A DNA stretch of 62,498 bases, filler included. It is 12 parts of 12 records of this genome, joined end to end, with 100 filler letters (N's around TTAATTAATTAA, not from the genome) between each part and the next. Parts side by side here need not be neighbours in the genome. Positions count along the whole stretch, not along the records: positions 7,284 to 15,338 come from SRR20825010_4485; positions 15,439 to 20,580 come from SRR20825010_4486; positions 20,681 to 23,767 come from SRR20825010_4499; 9 more parts are not named here. One strand, given 5' to 3'. The position numbers and the translations under genes are program-made. Of the stretch, positions 10,301 to 23,202 are shown piece after piece; position 1 is the stretch's first letter, and every line of letters starts with the position of its first letter. The notes under the pieces are model-generated. The model did not search any database. It was not told the DNA's origin and saw only the letters and a program-made list of their open reading frames with translations.

Positions 10301-10792
10301 CTAAGACCTCCTGATACCAATCACGCGGCCCGCCGCTTCCGGACGGGGCAACGCATCATGTTCCCGCCGCACCGCCGCGATCCTGTCCAGTGCATCCACC
10401 GGGAAAGGCGCCGGGCGCCGGGTCAGCAGGTCAACATGCATCATCATCAACTCATTCGTCGCGGCCAGATACCCTTCGGCCGCGTGGTACATCCGGTGAA
10501 GCACGTGCATCCGCTTCGCATCGTGATCGAGGATTTGCGTGGTGAAGCGGAGCCCGTCACCGGGCCCCACCTCGCGATCGTAGGTCACATGCGCCTCCAG
10601 CACGAAGACGGAGGCATCATGTTCATGGCGGTAGAGTGAACCAAGAGCCAAATGGTCCAGCAAGACGTCGGTTGCCTTGTCGAAAGCAACGACATAGTAG
10701 CCGACATTCATGTGACCGTTATAGTCGACCCATTCCGGCAGGACCGTCAATTCGCCGGAAGCGAAACACTTGTTCAAATCAGCCTGTTCCAT
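10301..10792 (-). CDS. Hotdog-fold acyl-CoA thioesterase
   Basis: VLPEWVDYNGHMNVGYY motif; start at MEQADL preferred. Confidence 0.85.
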   Translation of the reverse strand: MEQADLNKCFASGELTVLPEWVDYNGHMNVGYYVVAFDKATDVLLDHLALGSLYRHEHDASVFVLEAHVTYDREVGPGDGLRFTTQILDHDAKRMHVLHRMYHAAEGYLAATNELMMMHVDLLTRRPAPFPVDALDRIAAVRREHDALPRPEAAGRVIGIRRS

Positions 10793-10852
10793 AGGGCAGA
10801 CATTAGCGGCAATTGTTTTGTCCCGCCAAGGCACACAAACGGAAGTTCAGCG

Positions 10853-11773
10853 GTGAGGCTCTTACAATATCTCGGACGGCGCGCGGCGTTGGTCATGGCG
10901 CTCGGCGTTTTTATCGGCCTTGCCCTGCCGGATCTGGCTGCCGTGGCAAAGCCCCTGCTCTCGCCGACCGTCCTGGTCATGCTCACCGTCGCCATGACCC
11001 GGACCGACGCCTCTTCGCTCGGCCGGACCAGCCGGCGGGCAGGCACGCATCTGGTCGCCCTCCTCTGGGTGCTGATCGCCACGCCCTGCCTGATGTATGC
11101 CGCGCTCGTCTTTTTCGATGTGCCGCCGGAACTGGCCACACCGATGCTGATCTGGAGCGGCAGTCCGCCCCTGGTCACGGTTCCCGTCATCGCCCTCATC
11201 ATCGGCATCGATTCGGCGGCAGCGCTGTTCCTGATGGTGGTCTCGACCTTCGTCTTCCCGTTCATCCTGCCCGGTCTTCTGTTCTGGCTGATCGGCATCG
11301 AGGTTGAGCTGAGCGCCGGCGCGCTGACTTTGAAGCTGGCATTGATGATCGCCGGATGCGCCCTTGCCGCGACCATCATCCGCCGCAAGGTCGGAACCGA
11401 GGTTTTGCGCGAAAAAGCCGCCCTGCTCGACGGCATTGCCGTTGTGCTGATGCTGATTTTCGCCATTTCGGTCATGGATGGTGTGCTGGACTGGCTGATG
11501 ACCGACCCGGCGACGGTTCTCATCTATACCGGTGCGGCCTTTGCCGGCAGCCTTGCCCTGCAGCTCTTGGGCGGGTTGGCGTTCTTCTGGACAGACCGCC
11601 AGAACCAGCTCTCTGTTGCCCTGTCCTCCGGAAACCGCAACATGGCGTTGTTCATGGCCGCTGCCGGGTCCGCGCTTGGACCTGAAGCATTCCTGTTTTT
11701 TGCGGCCGTGCAGTTTCCGATCTATATACTGCCGGTACTGCTAAAGCCGATTTACCAAAAACTGTCGGATTAG
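10853..11773 (+). CDS. Bile acid:sodium symporter (BASS)-like transporter
   Basis: About 9-10 TM segments, SPP and GNRNMAL motifs; GTG start at 10853 inferred. Confidence 0.7.
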   Translation: MRLLQYLGRRAALVMALGVFIGLALPDLAAVAKPLLSPTVLVMLTVAMTRTDASSLGRTSRRAGTHLVALLWVLIATPCLMYAALVFFDVPPELATPMLIWSGSPPLVTVPVIALIIGIDSAAALFLMVVSTFVFPFILPGLLFWLIGIEVELSAGALTLKLALMIAGCALAATIIRRKVGTEVLREKAALLDGIAVVLMLIFAISVMDGVLDWLMTDPATVLIYTGAAFAGSLALQLLGGLAFFWTDRQNQLSVALSSGNRNMALFMAAAGSALGPEAFLFFAAVQFPIYILPVLLKPIYQKLSD

Positions 11774-11894
11774 GCTGAAGCCACCTACATAGGTAGTCTC
11801 GGGCATCCCACAGGATTAACGAATTAGCATTATTTTATTGGTTTGCTGATAACGCGGTAAACGCCTCGTCAGTCAAATTATAAGGAGAACGCAT

Positions 11895-13646
11895 TTGCGT
11901 TCTGCGATCACACGGGCAAAACGGCGAGGCCGCCTCGGCCTCTGGCAAAGGCGATTGACAGTCATCGCCCTGACCGGCATCGGCGTGCTCGCAAGCTACT
12001 TTTTCACCCTTGGAAAAGCCGAGAACTACCAGCATCTGGTTGCCGCGACGATCAGCGTTTTCGGGATCTGCACCCTGATCGCGGATTGGGTCGTTTCCCG
12101 CGACATCAAGCGTGGCGGCGGCGTCCAGGCAATGCGCTCGGGCGGCACTCTCAGCACTGGCCCCGGCGCCATGGCCGGGCGGCTCTGGGCACAGGGTGAA
12201 GGGTTCCGGCTGCACAGCCTCAACGCAGAGGCCCGTGAAAACTTTCATGAAGCAGAGGACCTGTTCAAGGAGGCCAAAGACCCGGAGGGTGTGATCGAAT
12301 GCATGATCAGCCTCGGAAAACTCGAGCGCGCCCGCGATCACCCTGACGAGGCCTCCAAAAAATTCGAGGCCGCCTACAATACGGCAAGCGGGGCCAAAAG
12401 CCGGATCGGGATGGCCAACGCCCTGCTGCAGCAGGGCTACCTCCTCATTCACCGGAAAAGCGCGGACGGCGCGCGGCAGGCCTTCGAGGAGGCAAGCAAG
12501 CTTTACGCCGAAGAAAACAGCCGGTTCGGCGAAGCCAACGCGGCGCTCGGCTCGGCGGAAGCCTCCATGATCCTGACCAAGGCGGAGGAAGCGGCCGCCA
12601 CATTCGACCACGCGCATTTCCTCTTCAGCCAGGTCGGGGATCGCAATGGCGAAGCCCACGCGCTTTATTGCCGGGCCGAGATCGACCGGCAAAAGAGGCG
12701 CTCGGCCGAAGCCCAGAACCGCCTGGAACGCGCGCTCACCCTCTATCGCCGCACGGGCGACTTTCTTGGCGAGGCAACCGTTCGTCTTGCCATGACCGAT
12801 ATCCAGCGCCGTCTCGGCCGGGCACCGAACGCGCAGGCCTCCGCCCTTGAGGCCGCCGACCGGTTTCGCGACGCGGCCCGGCGGGTCGGGAACAGTCCGA
12901 TGCTGGCCGGGCGCGGAGATATCAGGCGAGCCCCTATCCGTTTCGAGATCGCCCGGTCCCACGGCGGCATTGCCCGCACCATGCTTGCCGAATCGAAGGA
13001 TGGCACCCTGGAAGCCCGCCTGCTCATCGGGCTTGGCGAGATGGAGCGCATGGCCGGCAGGCTTGAGGATGCCCGGATGAATTTCGACCGGGCGATCCAG
13101 CTCTCGAAAAGCTCCAAGACGCTGGCGATTCTGGCAGACGCGCTGAAGGGCAAGGGGCGGGTCGAAATGCAGAAGGGCAATTCCCGCGGTGCCCGCGAGG
13201 CGATGAAGGAAGCCCAGAACCATTATAAAAACGCCGGCGGCGCCCGCGATGCGGCACAAACCCTGATGGATCTGGGCCAGATCGACTTGCTGATGGACAA
13301 TCCCGACCGGGGCCGGGTGACTTTCGCCCAGGCCCGGACAATGTATCGGGGATTGAATGAAATCGGCCTCGAAGGCGCGGCCCTGCGCGCCATCGGGGAT
13401 CTGGAATCGCAACTTGGACGATTACCGCAGGCGCAACAGGCTTACGCGGAAGGGCGCGGACTGTTCCGGCAGGCCGCCGACCATATCAGCGAAGCCGATT
13501 CGCTTCTGATGATCGGCCTGCTCTCCATCAATGTGGACAATGCGACGGCCGCTGCCTTCACGATTCAGGCAGGACGGCTTTACAAAGCCGTCGGCACCAT
13601 CGAATGGTATCGTCGGGCATTCGCTTTGGCCCGGCGGATCAGGTGA
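11895..13646 (+). CDS. Membrane-anchored tetratricopeptide-repeat protein
   Basis: Two N-terminal TM helices followed by ~40-aa helical repeats (GEANA, GEAHA, GEATV, LEARL, LEGAA). Confidence 0.75.
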   Translation: MRSAITRAKRRGRLGLWQRRLTVIALTGIGVLASYFFTLGKAENYQHLVAATISVFGICTLIADWVVSRDIKRGGGVQAMRSGGTLSTGPGAMAGRLWAQGEGFRLHSLNAEARENFHEAEDLFKEAKDPEGVIECMISLGKLERARDHPDEASKKFEAAYNTASGAKSRIGMANALLQQGYLLIHRKSADGARQAFEEASKLYAEENSRFGEANAALGSAEASMILTKAEEAAATFDHAHFLFSQVGDRNGEAHALYCRAEIDRQKRRSAEAQNRLERALTLYRRTGDFLGEATVRLAMTDIQRRLGRAPNAQASALEAADRFRDAARRVGNSPMLAGRGDIRRAPIRFEIARSHGGIARTMLAESKDGTLEARLLIGLGEMERMAGRLEDARMNFDRAIQLSKSSKTLAILADALKGKGRVEMQKGNSRGAREAMKEAQNHYKNAGGARDAAQTLMDLGQIDLLMDNPDRGRVTFAQARTMYRGLNEIGLEGAALRAIGDLESQLGRLPQAQQAYAEGRGLFRQAADHISEADSLLMIGLLSINVDNATAAAFTIQAGRLYKAVGTIEWYRRAFALARRIR

Positions 13647-13875
13647 TTTCCGGCGGGGTAATACGAATAGGGAACGCGATATTTTTGCAACATGGTCGCC
13701 GCAAGAAATCGTGGGTAAATTGTGAGGCCTTGGCCTTGCTTAAACCTCTGTGGTACCAGCTTATCCTCGACGATAAGGGTACCAGATCCGTGGAATGCTC
13801 TTTGCATAGGCAAGGGTGAGCTTCGGATCAAGAGGCGGTTGTTGGCTGAAACGCGCAGGTAACGGGTTGAAATTT

Positions 13876-14697
13876 ATGAATTTTCTATCTCGTATTCACC
13901 GGACCGCCGGTGTTTTTTTGGTGCTGACCATCCTTGCCGGATGTGCGACGCAGCCCCAGGAACCAGGATCAGGCCCTCAGGTTTATGACCCGATCGAGCC
14001 GGTCAACCGCGTGTTCTTCGCAATGAACGAAACGGTTGATACTTTCGTGCTGCAGCCGACGGCCTTCGTCTACAAGACCGCGCTGCCCGATCCGATACAG
14101 GACATGGTCCGCAATTTTCTGCGCTGGTTGCGCTCGCCGGTGGTAATCGCCAACAGCCTGCTGCAGGGCGATACGGACAATGCCGGCAATGCCACCCGCC
14201 AGCTTTTCGTCAACGGCATCACCGTCGGCCTGATCGACTGGGGCCACGGCCAGGATTGGGGCTATCGTGACGAGGACTTTGGCCAGACCCTTGGCTATCA
14301 TGGTGTCGATGGCGGCCCGTATCTCGTGGTTCCCCTTATCGGTCCGTCGAACGGTCGCGATCTGGTTGGCCGCGTCGTCGACATCTTCTTCGATCCATTG
14401 ACCTACATCGTCAGCGGCCCGGGTGCCCGGAATGCGATTTCCATTGCCCGCAACGGTACAGAAGCTGTCGATTTCCGCGCCCGCAATTTCGATCAGATCA
14501 ACGAGCTCAAGGCCTCTTCCGTCGACTATTATGCCCGCCTGCGGTCGATCTATCTGCAGCGCCGCGAAGCGGTGATTCACAACGGCAAGGTTCCGGACTC
14601 CGCTCTGGCGGCGGACGGCAGCAAGGAATTCGAGGATTTCTCGCCCACAGACCGGCCGCAGTCCGTTACCGGCGCGCTTCCGGCTAAATCCAATTGA
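13876..14697 (+). CDS. mlaA: MlaA/VacJ lipoprotein
   Basis: Lipobox LAGC, DPIEPVNR, EDFGQTL, GPYLVVPLIGPS.RD, D.Y...R..YLQRR. Confidence 0.92.
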   Translation: MNFLSRIHRTAGVFLVLTILAGCATQPQEPGSGPQVYDPIEPVNRVFFAMNETVDTFVLQPTAFVYKTALPDPIQDMVRNFLRWLRSPVVIANSLLQGDTDNAGNATRQLFVNGITVGLIDWGHGQDWGYRDEDFGQTLGYHGVDGGPYLVVPLIGPSNGRDLVGRVVDIFFDPLTYIVSGPGARNAISIARNGTEAVDFRARNFDQINELKASSVDYYARLRSIYLQRREAVIHNGKVPDSALAADGSKEFEDFSPTDRPQSVTGALPAKSN

Positions 14698-15335
14698 GTC
14701 AGGCGATCACGATGACCTACTTACATCGCGCGATTTTCCTGCTTTTCATCGGTATTGCCGTGCCTCTGGCACCGGCAGCTGCTGATGACAAAGGGGCTGC
14801 CGCGGAAAAATTCGTAGACAATCTCGGCGATGCCGCACTTGCGCTGGTGACCGATAAGGAAATCGTCGGTGAAGCCCGCCGGGAAAAATTCCGCGCACTT
14901 CTGAACAAGCATTTCGATCTTAACTGGATCGGCCAGTTCGTCCTTGGCCGGAACTGGCCCCGGGCCAGCCCGGAACAGCGGGAAACCTATCTGAAGCTCT
15001 TCGAGGAGAGCTTGGTCTTCACCTACACGAACCAGTTCGACAATTATTCGGGACAGAAGTTCGAAGTCACCGGCAACGGCGAAAACGGCCGCTATACCGT
15101 GGTGAAGAGCGAGATCATCGATCCCGTGAATCCCCAGGGCAATGTGCTGGTCGACTGGCGGCTGATCAAGGATGGCGAGACATTCAAGATCGTCGATGTC
15201 GTGATTGAGGGCATCAGCATGGGCATCACCCAGCGCAACGAATACACCTCCGTGATCGAAAGCAACGGCGGCAAGATCGATCCCCTGCTGGCACGCATGG
15301 AACAAATCCTCGAAGGGCTGCGCAAGCGCACCTGA
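14694..15335 (+). CDS. mlaC: MlaC/Ttg2D phospholipid-binding protein
   Basis: Signal peptide, FD...GQFVLG, VDWRL, KIVDVVIEGISM; coupled to mlaA. Confidence 0.9.
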   Translation: MSQAITMTYLHRAIFLLFIGIAVPLAPAAADDKGAAAEKFVDNLGDAALALVTDKEIVGEARREKFRALLNKHFDLNWIGQFVLGRNWPRASPEQRETYLKLFEESLVFTYTNQFDNYSGQKFEVTGNGENGRYTVVKSEIIDPVNPQGNVLVDWRLIKDGETFKIVDVVIEGISMGITQRNEYTSVIESNGGKIDPLLARMEQILEGLRKRT

Positions 15336-15438
15336 TCCNNNNNNNNNNNNNNNNNNNNNNNNNNNNNNNNNNNNNNNNNNNNTTAATTAATTAANNNNNN
15401 NNNNNNNNNNNNNNNNNNNNNNNNNNNNNNNNNNNNNN

Positions 15439-16541
15439 GCAAAAATGCCGAACCAGATGGCGTCGAAGCCCAGATGGGTGACAATCGGAAAGAATATAGG
15501 GATTGTCAGCAGGATCATCGACAGGCTTTCCATGAACATGCCCAGAAACAGATAGATCACCAGGATGGTAAAGATGACCGCCATCGGGCCAAGGCCCAGT
15601 GAGGTGATCAGGTCCGACAGGGCGCCGGGCAGGCCGATCAGGTTCATGAAATTCGAGAAAACCAAGGCCCCGATCAGGACCAGGAACAGGCTGGCCGTGG
15701 TTGTAACCGTTTCAACCAGCGAAGCGATCAGCCCATCCCACGACAGCGCGCGTCGCCACAAGGCAAAGGCCAGCGCGCCGGTCGCACCAACGCCCCCCGC
15801 CTCGGTCGGAGTAAAGACACCTTTGTAAAGCCCGCCGATGATGCCGATGAACAGCAACAGAATGGGGCCGACGCTGCGCAGGTAACGCATCCGTTCCGAC
15901 CAATCCGCACGCGGGGCTGCGGGCGCACAGGCGGGGTCGATCTGGGCGGCAATGCGGATCGCCGCCAGATACAGCAGGATCGCCAGCACACCGGGCAGGA
16001 TACCCGCGATGAACAGCGAACCGATATCGGTTCCGGTCGCGATCCCGTACAGGACCAGGATCACGGAAGGCGGGATCAGGATGCCCAGCGTGCCACCCGC
16101 CGCAACGGCAGAGGCCGCGAAACCGTCCGCATATCCATACCGGCGCATTTCCGGCACCGCGACCTTTGCCATCGTGGCCGCCGTCGCCAGCGACGACCCG
16201 CTCAGCGCCGAGAACCCGCCACAGGCCAGGATCGTGGCCGCAGCCAGACCGCCGCGCATGTGACCCACAAACCCATGACACAACCGATACAGATCCTCTG
16301 ACATCCGTGCGCGTGTCACAAAGACCCCCATCAGGATGAACATCGGCAAGACCGACAGCTCATAGGACATCGTCGCATTGATCGGCAATTGGCCAATCAT
16401 GCCCATGGCGGTCCGGTCCGAAATATTGATCCAGATGCCCGACAGCCCCACCAGCAGCATCGCCAGCGCAATGGGCATGCCGCCCATCATCATCACGAAC
16501 ACCGCCGCAAAGGCCAATCCGGAAATTTCCCACACCGCCAT
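15439..16541 (-). CDS. dctM: TRAP transporter large permease, 3' partial
   Basis: SGSSLATAAT, GTLGILIPPS, GVFTPTEA. Confidence 0.93.
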
Positions 16542-17053
16542 CAGAGGCCACCGCCGCTGTCAGATACGGCAGCGCGGTCCTGCCTCAGCGCGTCAATGGC
16601 GCAGATGAGAAAGGCGATGGCGGCAACGGCCAGCAAACCCGCCATGCCCTGTGCAATCAACCCCTTGGGCACGCGCAACTCCATCGTGACCTCGTTATAG
16701 GTCAACAGCCGCTCCCCCTGAAGCCAGACCCGCCAGGACACAAAAGCCATCAGCGCCGCGCCGACAAGATCCGACAGGAAGGTTGCAGCGGCCAACACCT
16801 TGGGGGGCAGCCGGTCAGTCAGGATTGATACGGTGATATTCCCCCGCCGCCGCACCATCAGCGGCACTGCGGTAAAGACAATCAGGCCCATCCCGATCTC
16901 GATCATCTCGAACCCCCCCATCAGGGGGCTGCGAAGCCCATAGCGCATCACAACGCCTGTAAAGGTGACGGCCATCACGAAAAAGGCGATCAGGCCAGAC
17001 AACCACGCAAGCGCCAGACACAATCTGTCAAAAAGGAAAATTGCGGCAGTCAC
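16541..17053 (-). CDS. dctQ: TRAP transporter small permease
   Basis: 4 TM helices, V.MRY motif, lies between dctP and dctM. Confidence 0.88.
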   Translation of the reverse strand: MTAAIFLFDRLCLALAWLSGLIAFFVMAVTFTGVVMRYGLRSPLMGGFEMIEIGMGLIVFTAVPLMVRRRGNITVSILTDRLPPKVLAAATFLSDLVGAALMAFVSWRVWLQGERLLTYNEVTMELRVPKGLIAQGMAGLLAVAAIAFLICAIDALRQDRAAVSDSGGGL

Positions 17054-17087
17054 GATGATGTCGCCTCCGGTGCGGGGTTCATGAATG

Positions 17088-17119
17088 AAAAAGGCGGCAC
17101 TTGCCTGAAATGCCGCCTT
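17088..17119 (-). terminator. Intrinsic terminator/stabilising hairpin after dctP
   Basis: AAGGCGGCA / TGCCGCCTT stem followed by a T-run on the minus strand. Confidence 0.65.
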
Positions 17120-17125
17120 GGGGGG

Positions 17126-18172
17126 TTACTTTACCACATTCACCACTTTGTCGGTGCGGTAGTTCTCCACCATGTCACGGGCATATTGCAGGATCGCGGC
17201 CCCGTCGTAGCCCTTGTCCGATGCCTGGGCCAGCCATTCCGTTTCCAGCGGCTTCAGCTTTTCGCGCGCGGCTGCAACGTCTGCCTCGGGCAGGGTCACG
17301 AACTCCACCCCGTTTTCGTTCAGCTTCTTTTCGCCATGCGTGTCACCATTGGTCCAGGCGAACCCGGACAGCATCGCAATCGCCATGCCCGAATGTTTCT
17401 CGACCGCTGCGCGTTCCTCATCGCTCAACCCGTCCCAGCTGTCCTGATTGAAGGCAACCCAGAAAGTATCGGTATAAAGCCCGCCGGGAATCCGCGTGAT
17501 CGACGTAATGACCGGCGTGATGCCGAAAAAGTCGATGGATTCAGACGGGAAGGTGATGCCGTCGGCCACACCCCGCGACATGGCGGTCTGCGCTTCGGTC
17601 GGCGGCAATTGCACCGGCGAGGCCCCCAGTTCGGACATGATGCGCCCGGTGACGTTGCCACCAACGCGGATCGTCTTGCCCTCCAGATCGGCAAGCGTAT
17701 CAACCCGGCCCTTTGCCATGTTGATATTGGGATTGGAGTGCGTGAACAGCCCCACGACATGCGCGCCCTCATGCTCGCCGTAGTCTGCGCCGAACTTCTG
17801 GTAGGTCAGCCAGGACGCCGCGGAACCGGCCCAGGGATCGGGCGACATGAACGGCAGGTCCATGACCTGTGTCATGGTGAAACGGCCCGCGTTATGGCCC
17901 GATACGCCATAGCCGACGTCAAAGGCCTGATCCAGCAACAGGTCGAACTGCGCAGGCGGCGGGCCAAGCGGCGATGTCATGATCTCGAATTTCAGCGACC
18001 CGCCGGTCTCTTCTTCGATGGCATTGGCCCAGGGTTGCAGAATGCCCGAAACGATCAGATGATGCGGCGGCAGCCAGGACCCGATCCGCAGGGTCTTGGT
18101 CTCCTGCGCCGATGCGGGAAATGCCGCGACAGCGATGGCCGCCGCCAATGTCCAGGTCGTAAAGTGTTTCAT
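17126..18172 (-). CDS. dctP: TRAP substrate-binding protein
   Basis: Signal peptide ending ASA-Q, DLPF, DLEGKTIRV, LGASPV, RGVADG. Confidence 0.9.
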   Translation of the reverse strand: MKHFTTWTLAAAIAVAAFPASAQETKTLRIGSWLPPHHLIVSGILQPWANAIEEETGGSLKFEIMTSPLGPPPAQFDLLLDQAFDVGYGVSGHNAGRFTMTQVMDLPFMSPDPWAGSAASWLTYQKFGADYGEHEGAHVVGLFTHSNPNINMAKGRVDTLADLEGKTIRVGGNVTGRIMSELGASPVQLPPTEAQTAMSRGVADGITFPSESIDFFGITPVITSITRIPGGLYTDTFWVAFNQDSWDGLSDEERAAVEKHSGMAIAMLSGFAWTNGDTHGEKKLNENGVEFVTLPEADVAAAREKLKPLETEWLAQASDKGYDGAAILQYARDMVENYRTDKVVNVVK

Positions 18173-18221
18173 CTTACTCTCCCTTTTTATTGCGGCCTTC
18201 GCCGCGCTTACGTCAAAATTG

Positions 18222-19109
18222 TCAAAGCTTGCTCGGCCCACTCAGTTTGAAGATTTCCAGGGCATCCGCCGTCTCGCCGCCGCGCACCGTCAACAGGCGG
18301 AACTGTTCCGCAGCCATGGCCGTGAACGGCACCGGCGAGGTGCAGGACCGCGCCAGCGCACAGACCGAATCGAGATCCTTCAGCATGGTGTAGACATGCC
18401 CCAGGGGCGGCTCATGCTGCGCATTGACCATGCGGGGCAGGAAAATCTGCAAGGGCTTGCTGTCTGCAAACCCGCCGGCCAAAGCCTCCGGCAGCCGCGT
18501 GGCGTCCACGCCCGCGTTTGTGGCAAGGCGCGCGGCCTCGGCCAGCACGGCCATGGTGCAACCGACAATGACCTGATTGCACAGCTTGGTGGTCTGCCCG
18601 GCACCCGATGGCCCCATCAGGGTAAACCGCGCGGCCATATGCAGCACGACCTTCTCGACCCGGTCAAAGGCATCTTGCGCGCCGCCAGCCATGATCGCCA
18701 GCGTGCCCGCTTCCGCCCCCGGCACCCCGCCCGAAACCGGCGCGTCGATCCAGTCCATCCCGGTTTCGGATTTCAGCCGCTCTGCCATCCTGACCGATGC
18801 GTCGGGCTGGATGGAGGAGAAATCCACCAGAATGCTGCCCGCGCGCGCGCCTCTGGCCACGCCGTTGTCGCCAAAAACCGCCTCTTCCACCGCGCTGGTG
18901 TCGGTAAGGCACAGGAACACGATATCGGATCGGCTTGCCACATCGGCGGGGCTTTCGCCCATCGCGGCACCCTTGTCCACCAGTGCCTGCGCCTTGGCCG
19001 CCGTGCGGTTCCAGACGGTCAGCGGATGGCCCGCCGCCAGCAGCCGTGCCGCCATCGGTGCCCCCATCAGACCCGTGCCGATATAGCCCAGCGTTGCCAT
19101 CTTGCTCAT
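18222..19109 (-). CDS. Beta-hydroxyacid dehydrogenase (3-hydroxyisobutyrate/tartronate semialdehyde reductase family)
   Basis: GYIGTGLMG, WNRT, DAPVSGG, KLCNQ, KDL. Confidence 0.9.
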   Translation of the reverse strand: MSKMATLGYIGTGLMGAPMAARLLAAGHPLTVWNRTAAKAQALVDKGAAMGESPADVASRSDIVFLCLTDTSAVEEAVFGDNGVARGARAGSILVDFSSIQPDASVRMAERLKSETGMDWIDAPVSGGVPGAEAGTLAIMAGGAQDAFDRVEKVVLHMAARFTLMGPSGAGQTTKLCNQVIVGCTMAVLAEAARLATNAGVDATRLPEALAGGFADSKPLQIFLPRMVNAQHEPPLGHVYTMLKDLDSVCALARSCTSPVPFTAMAAEQFRLLTVRGGETADALEIFKLSGPSKL

Positions 19110-20580
19110 GTCGTCTTTCCTTTCCTGCGCGTTTCCGGCCATTGCGCGTTGCCCGCATGGGTCACGGCACCTTCATGGGCCTGTCCCACCGTGGCCGCAT
19201 ATTTCGACAGCAGCCCGGCGCGATGCCGCGTTTCCGGTGCCGTCCAGCCTTCGCGGCGGCGGGCCAGTTCATCCTCTGACACGTCCAGCGTGATCGTCGC
19301 GGCCTTGCCGTCGATCGTGATGGTATCGCCGTTCTGCACCAGCCCCATCGGGCCGCCGGTCGCCGCCTCGGGCGCGGCGTGGCCGATGCACATGCCCCGC
19401 GTCGCGCCAGAGAACCGGCCATCGGTCAGCAAGGCGACCTTTTCGCCCATGCCCTGCCCATAGATCAGCGCCGTCAGGCCCAGCATCTCGCGCATGCCGG
19501 GGCCGCCGACGGGCCCTTCGTTGCGCACGATCAGAACCTCGCCTTCCTTGTAATCGCGCGAATGGACCGCTTCGACAGCATCATCCTCGCTCTCGAACAC
19601 CCGCGCCGTGCCGGTAAAGGTGAGCGATTTCAGCCCCGCCACCTTGAGCAGGGCCCCATCCGGGCAAAGGTTCCCCTTCAGGACAACCACGCCACCCGAT
19701 TGCATGATGGCATTGGAAACCGGGCGGATGATTTCCCCATCCGGTGCCGGTGCGTTTGCGACCTCTTCGGCCAGCGTCCGGCCCGTCACGGTCAGCGTAT
19801 CGCCATGCATGAACCCATGCGCGATCAACTCCTTGATCACCACATGCGCGCCGCCAATCTCATAGACGTCCTTGGCATGGTATTTCCCGCCCGGCCGCAG
19901 GTTGCCGATGAAGGGTGTGCGCTGCAAAACAGCGGCAACATCATCGGCGGTAAACTTGATGCCCGCCTCATGGGCAATCGCCGGAATATGCAGCGCGGTA
20001 TTGGTCGACCCGCCCGTGGCCGCCACAATGGCGCAGGCGTTTTCAAGCGCCTTGCGCGTGACGATCTCGCGCGGCAGGGGGCCGCCCCGTTCGATCAGCT
20101 CCATCACCAGGGCGCCCGCACGCTGGCCCACGCCCTTGCGCTCCGAATAGACACCCGGAATCATCGAGGAGTTGGGCACAGTCATGCCCAGAGCTTCCGA
20201 AACCATCGCCATCGTATTGGCAGTGAACTGCCCCGCGCAGGCACCGATGGTCGGCTTGCAGGCCTCTTCAAGCTGGGTCAGCTCATCTTCGGTCATCGTC
20301 CCGGCCTGCACCGCGCCAACCGCCTCATAGGTGTCCAGAACGCTGACATCGCGGCCCTGGAACCGCCCCGGCAGGGCCGACCCGCCATAGACAAAGACAG
20401 CAGGCACATTGCAGCGCACCATGCCCATGATCACACCGGGCAAAGTCTTGTCGCAGCCGCCATAGCCCACAAGGCCGTCATAGGCATGGCCATGAACAAC
20501 CGCCTCGATGCTGTCCGCGATGATCTCGCGGCTGACAAGGCTGAACTTCATCCCTTCATGGTTCATGCCCACGCCGTCCG
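19106..20580 (-). CDS. ilvD: IlvD/Edd family dehydratase, 5' partial
   Basis: SLVSRE, GCDKT, GACAGQFTANTM, GGSTN, GPVGGPGMREM, TDGRFSG. Confidence 0.88.
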
Positions 20581-20700
20581 NNNNNNNNNNNNNNNNNNNN
20601 NNNNNNNNNNNNNNNNNNNNNNNNTTAATTAATTAANNNNNNNNNNNNNNNNNNNNNNNNNNNNNNNNNNNNNNNNNNNNAGAGGCGACCCCGTTCCGGA

Positions 20701-21591
20701 CTACTTCAACGCCGCAATCAATGCCTTCAACTCGTTCTCCACCTTCGGGCGGATATCGTCACGCTTCAGGGCGAGCGCCACATTGGCGATGATGAAGCCT
20801 TCCTTGGAGCCGCAGTCGAATGTCTGGCCGTCGAACTTGTAGCCGTAGAAATCCTGCGACTTGGCGAGCGTCAGCATGCCGTCGGTAAGCTGGATCTCGT
20901 TGCCCGCGCCGCGCGCGGTCTTGCCCAGGATCGGGAAGATTTCCGGCTGGAGAATGTAGCGGCCGTTGATGAAATAATTCGACGGCGCGGTGCCTTTTTC
21001 CGGCTTCTCGACCATTTCGGTGATCCTGAACCCGCTGCCGATCGCCTCGCCGACGCCGACGATGCCGTATTTATGGGCAAGCTCGGGATCGCATTCCTCG
21101 ACGGAGACGACGTTGCCGCCTGCGATTTCATAGACATCCATCATGCCCTTCAGGCACGGGGTCGCCGCATCCATCACCATGTCCGGCAAGATCAGGGCGA
21201 ACGGGTCGTGGCCGACGATCTCGCGCGCGCACCAGACCGCGTGACCGAGGCCGTGCGGCTCCTGCTGGCGGGTAAAGGTGGAGGTGCCGGCGGTCGGCAG
21301 CAGGCTCGAAAGCAGGCTCAGCTCGGCGTTCTTGTTGCGCGCCCTCAGCGTCGATTCCAGCTCGTACTGGATATCGAAATAATCCTCGATCACGTTCTTG
21401 TTGCGACCGGTGACGAACACGAAATGTTCGATACCCGCCTCGATCGCCTCATCGACCACATACTGGATGATCGGCTTGTCGACGACGGGCAGCATTTCCT
21501 TCGGCACGACCTTGGTGGCGGGAAGAAACCGCGTCCCGAGACCTGCGACCGGAAGCACTGCCTTGCGAACCTTGTTGTGAGCCAAGCCCAT
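20701..21591 (-). CDS. galU: UTP-glucose-1-phosphate uridylyltransferase
   Basis: [30 protein letters not shown]. Confidence 0.96.
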   Translation of the reverse strand: MGLAHNKVRKAVLPVAGLGTRFLPATKVVPKEMLPVVDKPIIQYVVDEAIEAGIEHFVFVTGRNKNVIEDYFDIQYELESTLRARNKNAELSLLSSLLPTAGTSTFTRQQEPHGLGHAVWCAREIVGHDPFALILPDMVMDAATPCLKGMMDVYEIAGGNVVSVEECDPELAHKYGIVGVGEAIGSGFRITEMVEKPEKGTAPSNYFINGRYILQPEIFPILGKTARGAGNEIQLTDGMLTLAKSQDFYGYKFDGQTFDCGSKEGFIIANVALALKRDDIRPKVENELKALIAALK

Positions 21592-21735
21592 CTCCTCTCA
21601 ATAAACGTCCGGCCAATGTACAAATACTGTCTTTCAAGTACCTGACAGGTCTAGCAAGAAGCACAGGGTTGCGCAATCAAGCGGGACCGCCGACCAGCCC
21701 AAAACGACAGGCAGAACCGACGACCGGGGTTTCGA

Positions 21736-23190
<1,455 letters not shown>

Positions 23191-23202
23191 TGGCTTTCTC
23201 CT

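Noticed and set aside
11835-13412. Long antisense ORFs (also 18096-19463, 19379-20632, 22060-23343, 50513-51607, 55660-56676)
   Set aside because: Shadow frames of GC-rich genes with no recognisable motifs
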